The position numbers and the translations under genes are program-made. A stretch of DNA of 18,491 nt from a virus (lineage: Duplodnaviria > Heunggongvirae > Uroviricota > Caudoviricetes), in IMG/VR virus record IMGVR_UViG_3300032050_000069; one strand, given 5' to 3'. Of this stretch, positions 16,375 to 18,491 are shown in pieces (the first letter of the stretch is position 1; every line of letters begins with the position of its first letter). The notes under the pieces were generated by a model, which was not told the DNA's origin, made no database searches, and saw only the letters and a list, made by a program, of their open reading frames with translations.

Positions 16375-16704
16375 TTAATCTACCCAACCACCACCTCTGA
16401 CCTTCACTTTTATTTTTGGGTCATTGTATAGAGGGTCTCCACCTTTACCAATCGCGGCATCCTTAAGGGATTCAGAATAGGCTTCATCACCGGCTCTACC
16501 CAACTCTTTTGCTTTTTTTAGCTCATCGGTAGTTAAGGCTTCACCTTTAGTAAATGCTGCGAAATGTTTTGTGTGATAAGAACCTAATGGTTTGATGATG
16601 TTGTTGTTACGAAGATGTGCGGCCTTTCGGTCTAAGTAATCGAAAAGCTGGTCATCACTCAGCCCTTTTAGTTCCTCATCGGATAATTCTTTAAAGTTCG
16701 ACAT
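16375..16704 (-). CDS. Hypothetical protein (109 aa)
   Basis: ATG at 16704 preferred over the track's TTG at 16713; last gene of a three-gene minus-strand unit. Confidence 0.7.
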   Translation of the reverse strand: MSNFKELSDEELKGLSDDQLFDYLDRKAAHLRNNNIIKPLGSYHTKHFAAFTKGEALTTDELKKAKELGRAGDEAYSESLKDAAIGKGGDPLYNDPKIKVKVRGGGWVD

Positions 16705-16984
16705 AACCTTCAACGATTAATTGTTCTCTAATGGCCATATTCTCTTCGGATTCTTCTTTAGAGGTCTTACTAGCTAATCGGTCAGAAGTAATGAGGGTAA
16801 TGGCGGCAACGGCTTTATTATATGTTACATACCTTTTCCCAAAGAGTTCAGAACCAAATGAAGGCCCTTTAGTTATAGTTACCATATCACCAAATACATG
16901 ATGAGGGGTTGGTTCTACTCGGAAGTTTGAGACCTTAGTGAATTCTTTTCCGGACTTCTTGTCCAATTTCCATTCAATACTCAT
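16691..16984 (-). CDS. Hypothetical protein (97 aa)
   Basis: ATG start with A-rich leader; co-oriented and overlapping with the next gene. Confidence 0.7.
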   Translation of the reverse strand: MSIEWKLDKKSGKEFTKVSNFRVEPTPHHVFGDMVTITKGPSFGSELFGKRYVTYNKAVAAITLITSDRLASKTSKEESEENMAIREQLIVEGYVEL

Positions 16985-17005
16985 AGTTTTATGTTTTAAG
17001 GTTTA

Positions 17006-17224
17006 TTATTTGTGAAATAGGTTTCCAATCTCCGCCGGTCTCCAACCACAATTTAATGCATCGTTTAGATTTGCGATGTTCTCATAAGTGAGGTGAGTCC
17101 AATAGGATAGGGTATTTAATTCATCCATAAGGTATTTACCAACATTAGGATAGTTTGCACAATAAGAGTGGAGGCGATTTACGTTTTCCTCATTCATTCT
17201 CTCAATTAGGGTTTCTACTTTCAT
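17006..17224 (-). CDS. Hypothetical protein (72 aa)
   Basis: ATG at 17224 chosen because its leader (AGATATGAAA) mirrors that of the gene at 17655. Confidence 0.7.
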   Translation of the reverse strand: MKVETLIERMNEENVNRLHSYCANYPNVGKYLMDELNTLSYWTHLTYENIANLNDALNCGWRPAEIGNLFHK

Positions 17225-17247
17225 ATCTATTATCATTTATTACATAA

Positions 17248-17280
17248 CAAACATAGGGAAAAGCAGTGATATATCCAAGC
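17248..17280 (-). promoter_or_regulatory. Bacteroidota-type promoter for the minus-strand operon
   Basis: The minus strand reads GCTTG-N20-TATGTTTG. Confidence 0.8.
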
Positions 17281-17328
17281 GTTTTCCGATATTTATTTTC
17301 CCATTTTCGAAAAAAAAGTTGGGGTTTT

Positions 17329-17361
17329 GCTTGGATTTGTGGAGGAAAAGCCGTACCTTAG
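17329..17361 (+). promoter_or_regulatory. Variant promoter pointing into a gene-less structured region
   Basis: GCTTG (17329-17333), 20-nt spacer, TACCTTAG (17354-17361); one mismatch to TAnnTTTG, same GCTTGGAT as its three neighbours. Confidence 0.55.
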
Positions 17362-17363
17362 TA

Positions 17364-17573
17364 GGGCGGGCGGGAGGATAGTATATCCCTATAAGGGGGC
17401 GTAACTCGTTGATAATGAGGGAGTCATGGAAGCGCAAGGATTCTGTCTCCATGGTCGGAAAAACTAATGCTGTTTAATCCAGTCCCTATCTGTACTAAAC
17501 CAGCCCTTCGGATTGGGGGACTGTATATACAGATTGATATCGTCTATACAGCATTGATTACCAACGACTTACG
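17364..17573 (+). ncRNA. Candidate structured ncRNA or DNA secondary-structure element
   Basis: G-rich start GGGCGGGCGGGAGG; outer inverted repeat 17400-17416/17557-17573 (15 of 17 pairs) enclosing stems 17423-17430/17448-17455, 17481-17486/17517-17522 and 17521-17527/17545-17551. Confidence 0.45.
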
Positions 17574-17599
17574 AAAATCCAAAAAATAATTGAGGAAAT

Positions 17600-17632
17600 G
17601 CTTGGATTATTCAATCTTTTTTAGTAGATTTA
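17600..17632 (+). promoter_or_regulatory. Variant promoter for the rightward operon
   Basis: GCTTG (17600-17604), 20-nt spacer, TAGATTTA (17625-17632). Confidence 0.65.
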
Positions 17633-17654
17633 CTATGTAATAAATGAGAGAGAT

Positions 17655-18233
17655 ATGAAAAACAAATTGAAATTCAGTTATGTAGGTATGGAGTTTGAAG
17701 TTCCATCTACCTGCCTTCGTACTACCGATTATTGGGGAAAACCTTTAGAAACCCCTTACATCTCTATCGGTCGTAAAGAAGTGGCTTCGATGAGTAAGGC
17801 CTTTGTTAAGAAAAACTATCCTAACCTATTAGTGTGGGCTAGTTCAGAGGTGTTCGCTAATGGTAATTCAGTTTCGGTTAATGTGTGTAACTCCGATGGT
17901 TCAGATTTGGATTATGATTCTACTGAATGGAAAACAATCAATGGGTTTACCAATTCGTTAGCCGGTGGTAAGTATGATGGTATGCATGACATCTATGAGT
18001 ATAGTGAGCCAGGTAAAACTGATAATGGTACTAAGTTAGACATCTACGCTAAGTATGTTCATTGTAGTAATCAGGCTCCGCATGGGAGTTGGCCATCAGC
18101 CGTTAAGTGTTTGAAAGGGTTAATTGCCGGTGAGTATGTGTTCGGTCCCCTTACTTTGGAAAACGCAATTGCGAAGGCCAAAGGGTATGGTTATTCAGAA
18201 TCTAACATTGAGAAAGCATTAAACTTAATTTAA
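17655..18233 (+). CDS. Hypothetical protein with an LPD29-like domain
   Basis: ASSEVFANGNSVSV...GGKYDGMHDIYEY resembles the S.GxSI.V...G.FDGM.D.YEY signature recalled for large polyvalent protein domain 29. Confidence 0.55.
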   Translation: MKNKLKFSYVGMEFEVPSTCLRTTDYWGKPLETPYISIGRKEVASMSKAFVKKNYPNLLVWASSEVFANGNSVSVNVCNSDGSDLDYDSTEWKTINGFTNSLAGGKYDGMHDIYEYSEPGKTDNGTKLDIYAKYVHCSNQAPHGSWPSAVKCLKGLIAGEYVFGPLTLENAIAKAKGYGYSESNIEKALNLI

Positions 18234-18234
18234 T

Positions 18235-18477
18235 ATGAGAGCATCAGTTAAGAGAGAGAAATTGTTAAAGAACTCAAAAGGTCAATACCGATACCAATTC
18301 AATTGGATAGGTGGTGGGTTCAATGATATTTGGGCTAAGAACATCATAGAGTTTATGGCTGAGGTGAAACGCCAGTTTGGAAACTCTAACCTAAAGGTGG
18401 ATTATACTACCGTTCACAAAGCAACTGAAAGTAGTGCTAAGGAATGGGATAGAGCAGGTAATATGATGTGTTGGTAA
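18235..18477 (+). CDS. Hypothetical protein (80 aa)
   Basis: ATG 1 nt after the upstream stop; FNWIGGGFNDIWA motif. Confidence 0.7.
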   Translation: MRASVKREKLLKNSKGQYRYQFNWIGGGFNDIWAKNIIEFMAEVKRQFGNSNLKVDYTTVHKATESSAKEWDRAGNMMCW

Positions 18478-18491
18478 AATAAATGGGGAAA

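Noticed and set aside
17240-17452. 70-aa minus-strand ORF
   Set aside because: Runs across two promoters and the structured element; better explained as non-coding.
17476-17522. Crossing pairings AATCC/GGATT and GTCCC/GGGAC as an H-type pseudoknot
   Set aside because: Loop lengths (1, 23 and 2 nt) do not fit H-type geometry; more likely alternative pairings.

Overview
AT-rich, gene-dense 18.5 kb segment, most plausibly from a large dsDNA phage infecting Bacteroidota (Flavobacteria-like). This is an inference: no virion or terminase hallmark gene lies in the window. Support: (i) eight matches to the Bacteroidota sigma-A promoter (TTG-N19/20-TAnnTTTG or a one-base variant); (ii) A-rich, mostly Shine-Dalgarno-free starts; (iii) Bacteroidota-type GroEL, ClpS and a signal peptide followed by Gln; (iv) a mosaic of isolated host-like genes among short hypothetical ORFs. 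Left to right: an RNA-repair and tRNA block (AAA_33-type kinase, DRB0094-family RNA ligase, DIP1984-like protein followed by a ~200-nt structured non-coding element, tRNA-Ser(UGA), and a 147-nt tRNA-Asp-like RNA with a 74-nt variable region); auxiliary genes (rmlC, apt, SET protein, groES-groEL, flavodoxin-fold oxidoreductase, uvsE, two sulfotransferase paralogues, GMP reductase-like, clpS, Smr-like); and at 15.95-17.65 kb a strand-switch region with four GCTTGGAT-type promoters, two of which point into gene-less structured DNA. The strongest novelty candidates are the giant-variable-arm tRNA mimic, the DIP1984 plus ncRNA unit, and the promoter-driven G-rich nested inverted-repeat element at 17.33-17.58 kb. 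All family assignments come from motif recognition by eye, not database searches.
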